From NCBI GenBank assembly GCA_963806205.1, contig CAWDXF010000003.1, positions 71,760 through 135,759 of the forward strand: a DNA stretch of 64,000 nucleotides. The letters run 5' to 3'. Positions within the stretch are counted from its first letter, which is position 1. Every line of letters starts with the position of its first letter. This DNA is from an uncultured Microthrixaceae bacterium (GTDB lineage: Bacteria > Actinomycetota > Acidimicrobiia > Acidimicrobiales > VFJN01). The position numbers were made by a program, and so were the translations under genes. Of the stretch, positions 1 through 8,127 are shown one piece after another. The notes below the pieces were generated by a model, which worked only from the letters and a program-made list of their open reading frames with translations, was not told the origin of the DNA and searched no databases.

Positions 1-793
1 GCTGGTGGGCGACCAGCAGTCGAGCCTCGTCGGGCAGGGGTGCGTGCGCCGCGGCCTGGCCAAGATCACCTTCGGAACCGGCGGCATGCTCGACGTGCAC
101 CTCGGCGACGAGCGCCCCCGGTTCGACACACAGGGGCAGGGCGGCTGCTTCCCCATCGTCGCCTGGCAGGCGGCGGGCGAGCTGGCGTGGGGCGTCGAGG
201 CGGTGATGCTCTCCGCCGGCACCAACGTGGAGTGGCTGCGCGACGACCTGGGCGTGATCGGGTCGTCGGCCGAGAGCCACGACGTCGCCAGCGCGTGCGA
301 GCACACGGACGGCGTCGTCTACGTGCCCGCGCTGCTCGGGCTCGGCACCCCCTACTGGGACTACGGGGCGCGCGGCACCCTGCTCGGCCTCACGCGCGGC
401 AGCGAGCGGCCCCAGGTCGTGCGGGCGGTGCTCGAGGGCGTCGCCCAGCGGGGCGCGGACCTGGTCGAGGCGGCCGAGCTGGACAGCGGGCTCACGATCC
501 CGACGCTGCGCGTCGACGGTGGCATGAGCGACAACCCGACCTTCGTCCAGGCGCTCGCCGACGCGGCCCAGCGTCCCGTCGAGGTCTCCCCCGTCCGCGA
601 GGCCACGACCCTCGGCGCGGCGTTCCTGGCCGGCCTCGCCACCGGCACCTGGGCGGGCTGGGACGACGTGGCCGCCACCTGGCGACCGCGGACCACCGTC
701 GAGCCCGGCCCACCCCTCGACCGGGAGCAGTGGCGGCGGGCGTGCGAGCGGGCGCTCGGGTGGATCCCGGAGCTGAGCGGCATCTCCTTCTGA
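1..793 (+). CDS. glpK: Glycerol kinase (FGGY family), C-terminal ~260 aa; the 5' end lies outside the window
   Basis: The ORF is open to the window edge. Blocks LVGDQQSSLVGQGC, GTNVEWLRD, GLGTPYWD, VDGGMSDN and TTLGAAFLAG are characteristic of FGGY glycerol kinases. Confidence 0.9.
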   Translation, partial: LVGDQQSSLVGQGCVRRGLAKITFGTGGMLDVHLGDERPRFDTQGQGGCFPIVAWQAAGELAWGVEAVMLSAGTNVEWLRDDLGVIGSSAESHDVASACEHTDGVVYVPALLGLGTPYWDYGARGTLLGLTRGSERPQVVRAVLEGVAQRGADLVEAAELDSGLTIPTLRVDGGMSDNPTFVQALADAAQRPVEVSPVREATTLGAAFLAGLATGTWAGWDDVAATWRPRTTVEPGPPLDREQWRRACERALGWIPELSGISF

Positions 794-832
794 CGTCATC
801 CGCCCGCGGGGGCGGCGCCGAAGTGTGCAGCG

Positions 833-1198
833 ATGCGCCGTTCCCAACCGGTGGTCGCCGTGCTCGTCGCGGCGCTCGCAGCCTTTGGTGTCGCCGCCTG
901 CGGTGACGACAGCCCGACCCCCGTGGTCGGGGCGGCCGACTGCGAGACCGTGACCGTGGAGATCGGGGCGTTCGTGTTCGAGCCCACCCCGGTCGAGGTC
1001 GGCGTGTGCGACTCGGTGGTGTGGACCAACGCGCACGACCAGGCCCACACGGCCACCGGCAACGGCGACCAGACCTGGAACACCGGGACCATCGCCCCCG
1101 GAGCGTCCTCGGCACCCGTCCGCTTCGAGCAGGCGGGCCGGCTCACGTACCTCTGCGCCCTGCACCCGTTCATGACCGGTGTGGTCAGCGTCACCTGA
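833..1198 (+). CDS. Cupredoxin (plastocyanin/amicyanin-like type-1 copper) lipoprotein
   Basis: 121-aa ORF with a signal peptide ending in lipobox-like FGVAAC-G. It has an upstream His (AHTATG) plus C-x2-H-x2-M (YLCALHPFM), the type-1 copper ligand set. Confidence 0.8.
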   Translation: MRRSQPVVAVLVAALAAFGVAACGDDSPTPVVGAADCETVTVEIGAFVFEPTPVEVGVCDSVVWTNAHDQAHTATGNGDQTWNTGTIAPGASSAPVRFEQAGRLTYLCALHPFMTGVVSVT

Positions 1199-1211
1199 CA
1201 AGGAGAACAGC

Positions 1212-1973
1212 ATGCAGATCAGCCCCAAGCAGCTCCGCCGGATGGCGAGCGACGTGGACGACATGCACCACGAGGCCATGCGCGACTTCCGGGAGGAGAC
1301 GGCCGAGCTCCACCTCGACGTGGCCCGCCGCTCGCGCCGTTCCTTCGTGCGCAACGCCGGGATCGCCGGCGTGGGCGGTTCGCTCCTCACCGCCACGGGT
1401 GGGCTGGTGCCGTTCCTGCGCCTCGGTGGCCTCGCGGCCGCCCAGGATCTGAGCGACACGGTGATCGCCGGCTACGCCCAGAGCGTCGAGCTCGCGGCGG
1501 TCGCCGCCTACACGGCTGCGGCGCCGGCGCTGTCGGGCGACACACTGGCGGTGGCGCAGCTGTTCCTCGGCCACCACCAGGACCACGCGGACGCGTTCGG
1601 CCAGGTCGCCGGCGGCGACGCCCGGCCCGAGGCGAACCCGAAGGTCGTGGCCGCGGTGATGCCGACGCTCGACGCGATCATGGCGAAGGTCGCAGACGGC
1701 GACGACGCCACCACCGACGCGCTCGAGTTCGCCCGCACGCTCGAGAACCAGGCCGCCTACACCTACGCGGCCGCGCTGACCCTGCTCACCGGCGCCGCCT
1801 ACGCGGCCGCCACCGCCACGATCCTGCCGATCGAGGCCCAGCACGCCACCGTGCTCGCCATCGCGCTCGGCAAGGGCCCCGAGGACCAGTTCCCCACCGG
1901 CGCCTTCGAGTCCGCCGCGCTGGGCGACGGCACCGATCCGAAGGCCGGGCTCGACCCCGCCGTCTTCGCCTGA
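1212..1973 (+). CDS. Ferritin-like domain protein with twin-arginine export signal
   Basis: From ORF 1179..1973; the start was moved to ATG 1212, which is preceded by AAGGAG. It has Tat-like RRSFVRNAGIAG. Helix blocks VELAAVAAY, FLGHHQDHADAF, ENQAAYTY and IEAQHATVL fit a ferritin-like four-helix fold. Confidence 0.75.
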   Translation: MQISPKQLRRMASDVDDMHHEAMRDFREETAELHLDVARRSRRSFVRNAGIAGVGGSLLTATGGLVPFLRLGGLAAAQDLSDTVIAGYAQSVELAAVAAYTAAAPALSGDTLAVAQLFLGHHQDHADAFGQVAGGDARPEANPKVVAAVMPTLDAIMAKVADGDDATTDALEFARTLENQAAYTYAAALTLLTGAAYAAATATILPIEAQHATVLAIALGKGPEDQFPTGAFESAALGDGTDPKAGLDPAVFA

Positions 1974-2004
1974 CCCGACCGACCCGTACGAGAGGACGAC
2001 ACCC

Positions 2005-2811
2005 ATGGACCTGAACCGCGACGAGCTGCGCCGAGAGCTGCGCGCGATCGACGAGGACAACACCGCCGCGATGCCGCGGTGGTACGACGCGTTGCGCCGG
2101 ATCGTCGGCGGCCGCACCGCGCTCACGACCGACGAGAAGGCCGCCCTCCTCGGCGTCCCCTCCCCCGGTCGCCGCCAGCTGTTCCGCCTCGGCGGCACCG
2201 CGATCGTGGGCGCCGCCGTGCTGGCGGCCTGCGGCGACGACGATGCGGACACGGGCGCCGGCGACGATGGCACCGACGGCGACGCCGCGGCCAGCAGCAT
2301 GGACCTCCCGCTGGCCCGCACGGCGGCGTCGCTCGAGCAGCTGGCCGTCGACACGTACACGACGGCCGCCGGCTCCGGGCTCGTGACGACCGCCGCCATC
2401 GGGGACGCCGCCAGCCTCTTCCGCGACCACCACCAGTCCCACCTCGACGCGCTGAACGCCACGATCGAGGGCGCGGGCGGCCAGGCGGTCACCACCGCCA
2501 ACCAGGCCGTGTTCGACGCCATGGTCCAGCCCGCCCTCGACGCGCTCGATGACGAGGCCGGCGTCGTGCAGCTCGCGCTCGACCTGGAGCTCGCGGCAGC
2601 GCAGACCTACGCGTTCGCCGGCGGCGCGCTGAGCCAGCCCGCGCTGCGCTCGACGATCATGACGATCGGCGGCGTCGAGGCCCGCCACGCCACGGTGCTC
2701 GTGATGCTGGCCCAGGCCAAGAAGCCGGCCGACGTGTTCCCCGAGGGCCGAGGCTTCTTCCCCGGTGACAACCCGCTTGCCGGGATCGAGGGTGCCGTCC
2801 TGTCGGCCTGA
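2005..2811 (+). CDS. Ferritin-like domain lipoprotein (paralogue of 1212..1973)
   Basis: 268-aa ORF with RRQLFRLGG...VLAAC-G (Tat-like motif plus lipobox). Its blocks LEQLAVDTY, FRDHHQSHLDAL, LAAAQTYAF and VEARHATVL are colinear with the upstream gene. Confidence 0.75.
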   Translation: MDLNRDELRRELRAIDEDNTAAMPRWYDALRRIVGGRTALTTDEKAALLGVPSPGRRQLFRLGGTAIVGAAVLAACGDDDADTGAGDDGTDGDAAASSMDLPLARTAASLEQLAVDTYTTAAGSGLVTTAAIGDAASLFRDHHQSHLDALNATIEGAGGQAVTTANQAVFDAMVQPALDALDDEAGVVQLALDLELAAAQTYAFAGGALSQPALRSTIMTIGGVEARHATVLVMLAQAKKPADVFPEGRGFFPGDNPLAGIEGAVLSA

Positions 2812-2830
2812 GCCGTACGATGTCGGCGAC

Positions 2831-3190
<360 letters not shown>

Positions 3191-3795
3191 ACCACCCGGC
3201 TCTGACGTGCGCGTTCGGTCAGACACCGCGGAGGCGACTCGTTCCAGCGCCTCGTACTCGGAGAATGTGGACAGGCCCGGCGGCACACTGACCAGGTGCG
3301 CGAGTGACGCCGCGTCGCCCGAAAGGCTGCGGCCACGGCAAGGTCGGGTGCCGGGGATCCTGCGAACGGGTAGCTGGTGCTGAGGTTGAAGCGAAACGTC
3401 GGGGGTCCCCCGTGGAGCGTTGCGTGGGTCAGATGGACGATCCCGCGCACCTCGAAGAGCAGACAGACGTCGGCACGAGCGGGCTCCGCGCCGGAGCCTT
3501 CCTCCGAGGGCGGAGGCACGGGCGTGGTGAGGAGGAAGGGCAGGTTGATCGTTGCTCCAGGAAGGCTGGACACCACCACAAGGACGAGGAGCAACAGGCC
3601 CGCCGTGATCGCTGCGGCGACCCACGGATCTGATGCGAGCCACCTGAGCCAGACCGCGATCACCGCAGCCGCAACGATGAAGTGCCCATGCGAGAACTCG
3701 CGGGACGGATCGGGCTTCATGTCCCGGCACCGAAGTCTGCGGACAGGCTCGCCGTCACCAGCGGGGTCAGCACACCTCTCCGACTGTCGCGTCGA

Positions 3796-4215
3796 TCAAA
3801 CGCAAGTGCCGAGGCCGAGGACGGAGATGATCAGCTTTGACGGCTGGTTGGCTGTCGGGCTCCGCCAAGTCCCCTGCACCGAGCGGACCGTGAAGTACCA
3901 GGTGCCGAGGCTCAGGTCGGGCGTCGAGAAGCTCAGTCCGGTCACCAGCGCGGCGTTGGTGGGGGCTGTGGGGTTGGTGCCCCAGCGCACCTCGTACTGG
4001 GTCACCGAGGGTGTCGTGCTGGCGAGCCAGTCGACGCGTACTGACGCGGCGACCAGCGAGTTGCAGGTCGCGGCGGTCAGCCCGGGGGCGGTGACCGTGG
4101 CGGACCTTGCCGTTTCGGTGCCGGTCCCGGCCGCGGTCCATCGCGCGTCAGCTGGGACCGCCAGCCAGATGATGGCTAGCAGTCCCAGCACGACGGAGGC
4201 GATGCCCCGCTTCAT
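3796..4215 (-). CDS. Secreted protein with FN3-like C-terminal domain and N-terminal W-x5-GT-x2-ARS-x-T motif
   Basis: 139-aa ORF with signal or anchor MKRGIASVVLGLLAIIWLAV. After the hydrophobic core comes ARWTAAGTGTETARSATV. The segment VRVDW...YEVRWG...WYFTVRSV resembles a fibronectin-III strand pattern. Confidence 0.6.
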   Translation of the reverse strand: MKRGIASVVLGLLAIIWLAVPADARWTAAGTGTETARSATVTAPGLTAATCNSLVAASVRVDWLASTTPSVTQYEVRWGTNPTAPTNAALVTGLSFSTPDLSLGTWYFTVRSVQGTWRSPTANQPSKLIISVLGLGTCV

Positions 4216-4236
4216 GACTGTGTCGGTGCGCTCGGT

Positions 4237-4713
4237 CTAGACGGCCGAGGACAGCGTGGCGGTGAGTGCCATCGAGAACGTCTGCAGCTTGCAGGTGTCG
4301 GCAGCGGCGCCGCTCATCTGGGTGACGAGCGTGTAGGTGCCCGACCCGCCTGCGGCGATGTTCTTGCTCGTGTTGTCGGACTGCAGCAGCCCGGTGGCGT
4401 CGACGGTCCTGGCGTCACTGGTGACCGTTCCGGCCACGCAGGTGCCGTTGACCAGTGCCGATGAGCCGGCGCTGATCGCGTTGACGATCACCGGGTAGGC
4501 GTTCGGGTTGCTGACCGTGACGGTGACCGACGAGGTGGAACCCGGGTAGAGGTCCGGTGAGTTGGCGCCGGGGGCGATCACGGAGTCCACCGACGTGGTG
4601 GAGCGTGCCTCTGCGGTGCCGGACGCATTCGAGAGCCACGCTGCGAACGCAACGCCTGTCACGATCGCGGCGGAGACCAGCAGCGGGATGAAGAGGAGCT
4701 TCTTGTGGCGCAT
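4237..4713 (-). CDS. Secreted protein with N-terminal W-x5-GT-x2-ARS-x-T motif (possible SipW/TasA-class substrate)
   Basis: From ORF 4237..4749; the start was set at ATG 4713 (MRHKKLLFIPLLVSAAIV), which has AGGA 6 nt upstream. After the core comes AAWLSNASGTAEARSTT. The rest is beta-rich and S/T/V-rich. It lies 21 nt upstream of the next gene. Confidence 0.6.
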   Translation of the reverse strand: MRHKKLLFIPLLVSAAIVTGVAFAAWLSNASGTAEARSTTSVDSVIAPGANSPDLYPGSTSSVTVTVSNPNAYPVIVNAISAGSSALVNGTCVAGTVTSDARTVDATGLLQSDNTSKNIAAGGSGTYTLVTQMSGAAADTCKLQTFSMALTATLSSAV

Positions 4714-4816
4714 GGGGGGTCCTGTCATTTGGTGGTGGCTACAGGCCACCGTGGAGTGGCCTCACCATGCGCTCGTTGCTGCAATGGGCAATGAGCCATA
4801 CGGCCCCTATGCCGAT

Positions 4817-5128
4817 CTAGGCCGTCGCCGTGGGATCGACCAGCAGATCCAACAGGTCACCGATGGTTCGCATCCGACCGATCGCGTTCCGTACGGGTAG
4901 ATCGGTCTGGATCCGGTACCGGTTGCGCCGGCCCTCCTTCGTCTTGACCACGTAGCCCGCGGCGGTGAGATCGGAGACGGTGACCTGTGCAGTGCGCTCG
5001 GTGACCCCGAGGGCGTCCGCGATGTCTCGGATTCGGGCCCCCGGGTCGTGCGCGATGAAGAGGAGCGCGCTGGCGTGGAGGGTGAGGAAGCTCCAGTCCC
5101 GCATGACCATCATTATAACCATATTCAT
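4817..5128 (-). CDS. Winged-helix (ArsR/MarR-like) transcriptional regulator
   Basis: 103-aa ORF with IRDIADALGVTERTAQVTVSDLTAAGYVVKTKEGRRNRY, an HTH plus wing. It is divergent from the DUF3494 gene. The start codon is uncertain because several in-frame Met codons lie close together. Confidence 0.7.
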   Translation of the reverse strand: MNMVIMMVMRDWSFLTLHASALLFIAHDPGARIRDIADALGVTERTAQVTVSDLTAAGYVVKTKEGRRNRYRIQTDLPVRNAIGRMRTIGDLLDLLVDPTATA

Positions 5129-5229
5129 GAATCAGGTTGCTTGATTTCTCCTTCGGGTCTACCGTGGGTTCGGGCTTCGGAGCGGCTCACCGTCGGTGAC
5201 CCGCTGCCCGTCGCCGGAAGGGGCCCGCG

Positions 5230-6504
5230 ATGTTGATCGTCGGAGTTTTCGTAGCCATCTCGCTCTTCGGGGTGTTCGCGCTCCGGCGTCGCCGGAGCAC
5301 CGTCACCCTCTACGCCTGCGCCATCGCGGCCACGGTCCCTCTGTGGTTCACTACCTCGAACGCGGCGATCGTGCCGCCGGTCCCCCTGGGGACCGCGGCC
5401 CAGTACTCGGTCCTCGGTGCCTCGACGGTCACCAACACGGGCCCGTCGGTGCTGAACGGCAGCGTCGGGCTGTTTCCCGGCACATCGGTGACTGGCTTCC
5501 CGCCCGGGATCGTGGTGCCCCCCGCGACGATGAACGTGACGAACGCTGCTGCCCAGCAGGCCCAGGCGGACCTGACCACGGCTTATGTGAACGCGGCAGG
5601 GCGGCCGCTCGACGGCACTACCGGTGCCGAGCTGGCGAACACGATCCTCCCGGGGGGTGTCTACGCCGGCCCGAGCAAGGGAGCGCTCCTGCTCAGCGGG
5701 CCGCTCGTGCTGGACGGTGCGGGTGATCCGAGCTCGGTGTGGATCTTCCAGACCGACTCCACGCTGACGACGGCGACTGGGAGCACGGTCAGCATGATCA
5801 ACGGCGGTCTGGAGTGCAACGTCTTCTGGCAGATCGGGAGCTCTGCGACGTTGGCGACCGGCTCGGTGTTCCGCGGGAACATCCTGGCCCTGGCCTCGAT
5901 CACGGTGAACACCGGTGTCGTCGTCCATGGTCGAGCGCTGGCGAGCACCGCCGCGGTCACCCTCAGCAATGACGTCTTCGTCAACCCCACCTGCACTGTC
6001 GAATCGACCACGACGTCCAGTCCGCCCGCCGACAGCACCTCGACGCTGGTCGGCGAGGTGACCACCACATCCCAGGCGGGTGAGGTCACCACGACCAGCC
6101 AAGCCGCCGAGGTGACGACCACGTCGCAACCCGGTGTGATCACCTCGACCAGCCAGGTCGGTGAGCAGACCACCACCTCGCAGGCCGGCGCAGTGACGAC
6201 CACGAGTCAGGTCGCCGGGGAGACCACGACCTCGGGACTCGAGCAGACCACGACGACGATTGCTCCGTTGGCCGCGGCGACCACGCAGACCGGCCCGTCG
6301 AGCACCGCTGGGTCAGGTCTCGAGATCACGACGTCCTCGGTCCCGGGTGTGGGCGGACCGGGGACGAGCGTGCCCAGGGTGGACCTGCCCTACACCGGCT
6401 CCAGCGTCGCACTCCCACTCGTGCTCGCCGCTGTGGCGACCGCGATCGGACTCGCGAGCTTGCGGATCCTGCCCGACCCCGTACCGAGGTCACGCTCCGA
6501 CTAG
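5230..6504 (+). CDS. DUF3494 / ice-binding-like domain surface protein with T/S-rich repeats and C-terminal LPxTG-type sorting signal
   Basis: LGTAAQYSVLGASTVTNTGPSVLNGSVGLFPGTSVTGFPPG, VWIFQTDSTLTTATGSTV, CNVFWQIGSSATL and GRALASTAAVTL match the DUF3494 beta-solenoid signature. The C-terminus is LPYTG (6385..6399), then a hydrophobic stretch, then an RSRSD tail. Confidence 0.85.
   Translation: MLIVGVFVAISLFGVFALRRRRSTVTLYACAIAATVPLWFTTSNAAIVPPVPLGTAAQYSVLGASTVTNTGPSVLNGSVGLFPGTSVTGFPPGIVVPPATMNVTNAAAQQAQADLTTAYVNAAGRPLDGTTGAELANTILPGGVYAGPSKGALLLSGPLVLDGAGDPSSVWIFQTDSTLTTATGSTVSMINGGLECNVFWQIGSSATLATGSVFRGNILALASITVNTGVVVHGRALASTAAVTLSNDVFVNPTCTVESTTTSSPPADSTSTLVGEVTTTSQAGEVTTTSQAAEVTTTSQPGVITSTSQVGEQTTTSQAGAVTTTSQVAGETTTSGLEQTTTTIAPLAAATTQTGPSSTAGSGLEITTSSVPGVGGPGTSVPRVDLPYTGSSVALPLVLAAVATAIGLASLRILPDPVPRSRSD
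6052..6258 (+). repeat. About 7.5 tandem copies of a 27-nt (9-aa) repeat inside the DUF3494 gene
   Basis: Peptide units read directly: GEVTTTSQA / GEVTTTSQA / AEVTTTSQP / GVITSTSQV / GEQTTTSQA / GAVTTTSQV / AGETTTSGL / EQTTTT. Confidence 0.8.
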
Positions 6505-6520
6505 CTGGTCTGAGGGCCAG

Positions 6521-6745
6521 TCAGCCGCAGGTGTCGTACAGGATGACGCGAATGCCCTCCGGGGTCTCGCCGACCACGACCTCCTCCACGGCAGTGCCGT
6601 CGCGGTCGTAGAGCACGTAACGGGTGCCGCGGTCCTCAGGCCCGACCACGGCTGCCGTCTCGGCCTCGTCGTCGTCGGCGATCTCGGCCGCCACCGCCTC
6701 GTCGGCGCTCGCCAACCCGACGCAAACTGGATCTGGGGTCTTCAT
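6521..6745 (-). CDS. Hypothetical small acidic protein
   Basis: 74-aa ORF with consistent GC3 bias. I recognise no family. Confidence 0.45.
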   Translation of the reverse strand: MKTPDPVCVGLASADEAVAAEIADDDEAETAAVVGPEDRGTRYVLYDRDGTAVEEVVVGETPEGIRVILYDTCG

Positions 6746-6975
6746 CCCGAACCAGCCTCTCAGACGGTGGCGCGGATGGCGGCGACGAACAACAGCCAGC
6801 AGGACAGCTCCAGGCCGAGCACGCCGACCCAGACAAGGTCGAGCCGTCGCGTCATTCGCGCGAGCCTCACAGACATTGACACCGGCACCTCCAGGCGCAC
6901 TGGGATGCGGGTCACCGGGGTCCGGAGCAACACCGTCGATCCGACCCTACACCCAGCATGGACGCGCTCGACCGC

Positions 6976-7374
6976 TCAGTCGGCGAAGACGTCGCGGCTG
7001 TGCTGGACGAAGAACGTGTGGTCGTGTCCCTTGTTGGGATCGTTGCCGTTGTACTTCGCGCTCGTCGGGGACCCGTCGGGGAGGTGCTCCTCGGAGTAGA
7101 TCGCCCCGACGGGGCACACGTCGGGTTGGTAGCACGCCGTGCACGAGGTGCACTCGTCGAGGTTCACGTACAGGATGCTGTCGGCGAAGACACCGACGAA
7201 CTCCGGGTTCGGCGCGTGGGTCGTCTCGATCGTCCCGCTCCCCGCCACCTCCTCGGAGAACAGGATGTTCTTCGCCGCGTCGAACTCGTAGATGCACTGC
7301 ACGGGACAGACGTCGACGCACGCCCGGTCCTTCACGTCGATGCAGGCTTCGGTGATGATCGCCAGGCCGGCCAC
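6976..7374 (-). CDS. Ferredoxin (FdxA-like 3Fe-4S/4Fe-4S type) with internal insertion
   Basis: CIDVKDRACVDVCP (C-x7-C-x3-CP) plus CTSCTACYQPDVCP. The overall layout is that of actinobacterial 7Fe ferredoxins, but the protein is longer (132 aa). Confidence 0.8.
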   Translation of the reverse strand: MAGLAIITEACIDVKDRACVDVCPVQCIYEFDAAKNILFSEEVAGSGTIETTHAPNPEFVGVFADSILYVNLDECTSCTACYQPDVCPVGAIYSEEHLPDGSPTSAKYNGNDPNKGHDHTFFVQHSRDVFAD

Positions 7375-7404
7375 GAGCTAGCTCACCCAGCCCACGACCA
7401 GAGC

Positions 7405-7460
7405 GCCGACGTGTGCCCCCATGACCATGCCGGGAGGCGCGGGGGAGGGCACACGTCGGC
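7405..7460 (-). terminator. Perfect 14-bp inverted repeat (stem-loop) between two minus-strand genes
   Basis: GCCGACGTGTGCCC (7405..7418) and GGGCACACGTCGGC (7447..7460) are exact reverse complements with a 28-nt loop. There is no U-tract. It lies downstream of 7504..7845 and upstream of the ferredoxin start. Confidence 0.35.
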
Positions 7461-7503
7461 AGGCTGGCCCGTCGGTGCTAACCGATCTCGGTGAACCTGC
7501 CAC

Positions 7504-7845
7504 CTAGGTCACCCACCTGACGACGGCGGCCACGTCGAGCGTGATGATCAGGAAGGCGCTGCAGACCATGACCCAGCGGAAGAGCGGGCCGGCACGGCTG
7601 AGCTGCGCCTCTGCTCCGAACCCGAGGGGCGCCCCGGTCGCGGCGCCGGCTGCGAACATGCCGAGCCGGCCGGGTCCTGTCGTCGCGGAGACGTCGGCAC
7701 AGGCGATGCCCATCGCGACAGCCGTGAACGCCATGGTCCCCAGCGCGGCTCGGGAGCGGCCGAGCCACCTGTGCTCCACGTGGGTGTCGAACGCGCGCAG
7801 CTGGATCGCACGACGCGGGTGAGCGAGCTCCCTCACGGTGTCCAT
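7504..7845 (-). CDS. Hypothetical membrane protein
   Basis: 113-aa ORF with moderate GC3 bias and hydrophobic segments MAFTAVAMGIAC and VMVCSAFLIITLDVAAVV. Confidence 0.4.
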   Translation of the reverse strand: MDTVRELAHPRRAIQLRAFDTHVEHRWLGRSRAALGTMAFTAVAMGIACADVSATTGPGRLGMFAAGAATGAPLGFGAEAQLSRAGPLFRWVMVCSAFLIITLDVAAVVRWVT

Positions 7846-8127
7846 GGATGCTCCCGGTTCGCCTCAGGTGCGCCACCAGGGTCCAGAGCAACGCTTCGGA
7901 GGACAACCTAACCCCTCCGGGGGGACGCGCGGGACGGAACGGGCGTACGGTGCACCCAACACGACAAGACCCGCACGTGTGGGACCAGGCAGCGCCTGGC
8001 CCGGGAGCTCTGCTCCGGCCCCTGGTAGCGCTCATGAAGCGCTCATGTACCAGGAGGATGCGATGGCTCTTGCCGAGCTCCCCGTCACCCAGGCCGCTCC
8101 GCGATCACCACCTCGACCCGCTGCGCC

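Noticed and set aside
6760-6855. 31-codon minus-strand ORF (MTRRLDLVWVGVLGLELSCWLLFVAAIRATV) just upstream of the small acidic protein gene
   Set aside because: It is a plausible single-TM micropeptide with a GAGG about 11 nt upstream, but it is too short to support from sequence alone. I left it uncalled.
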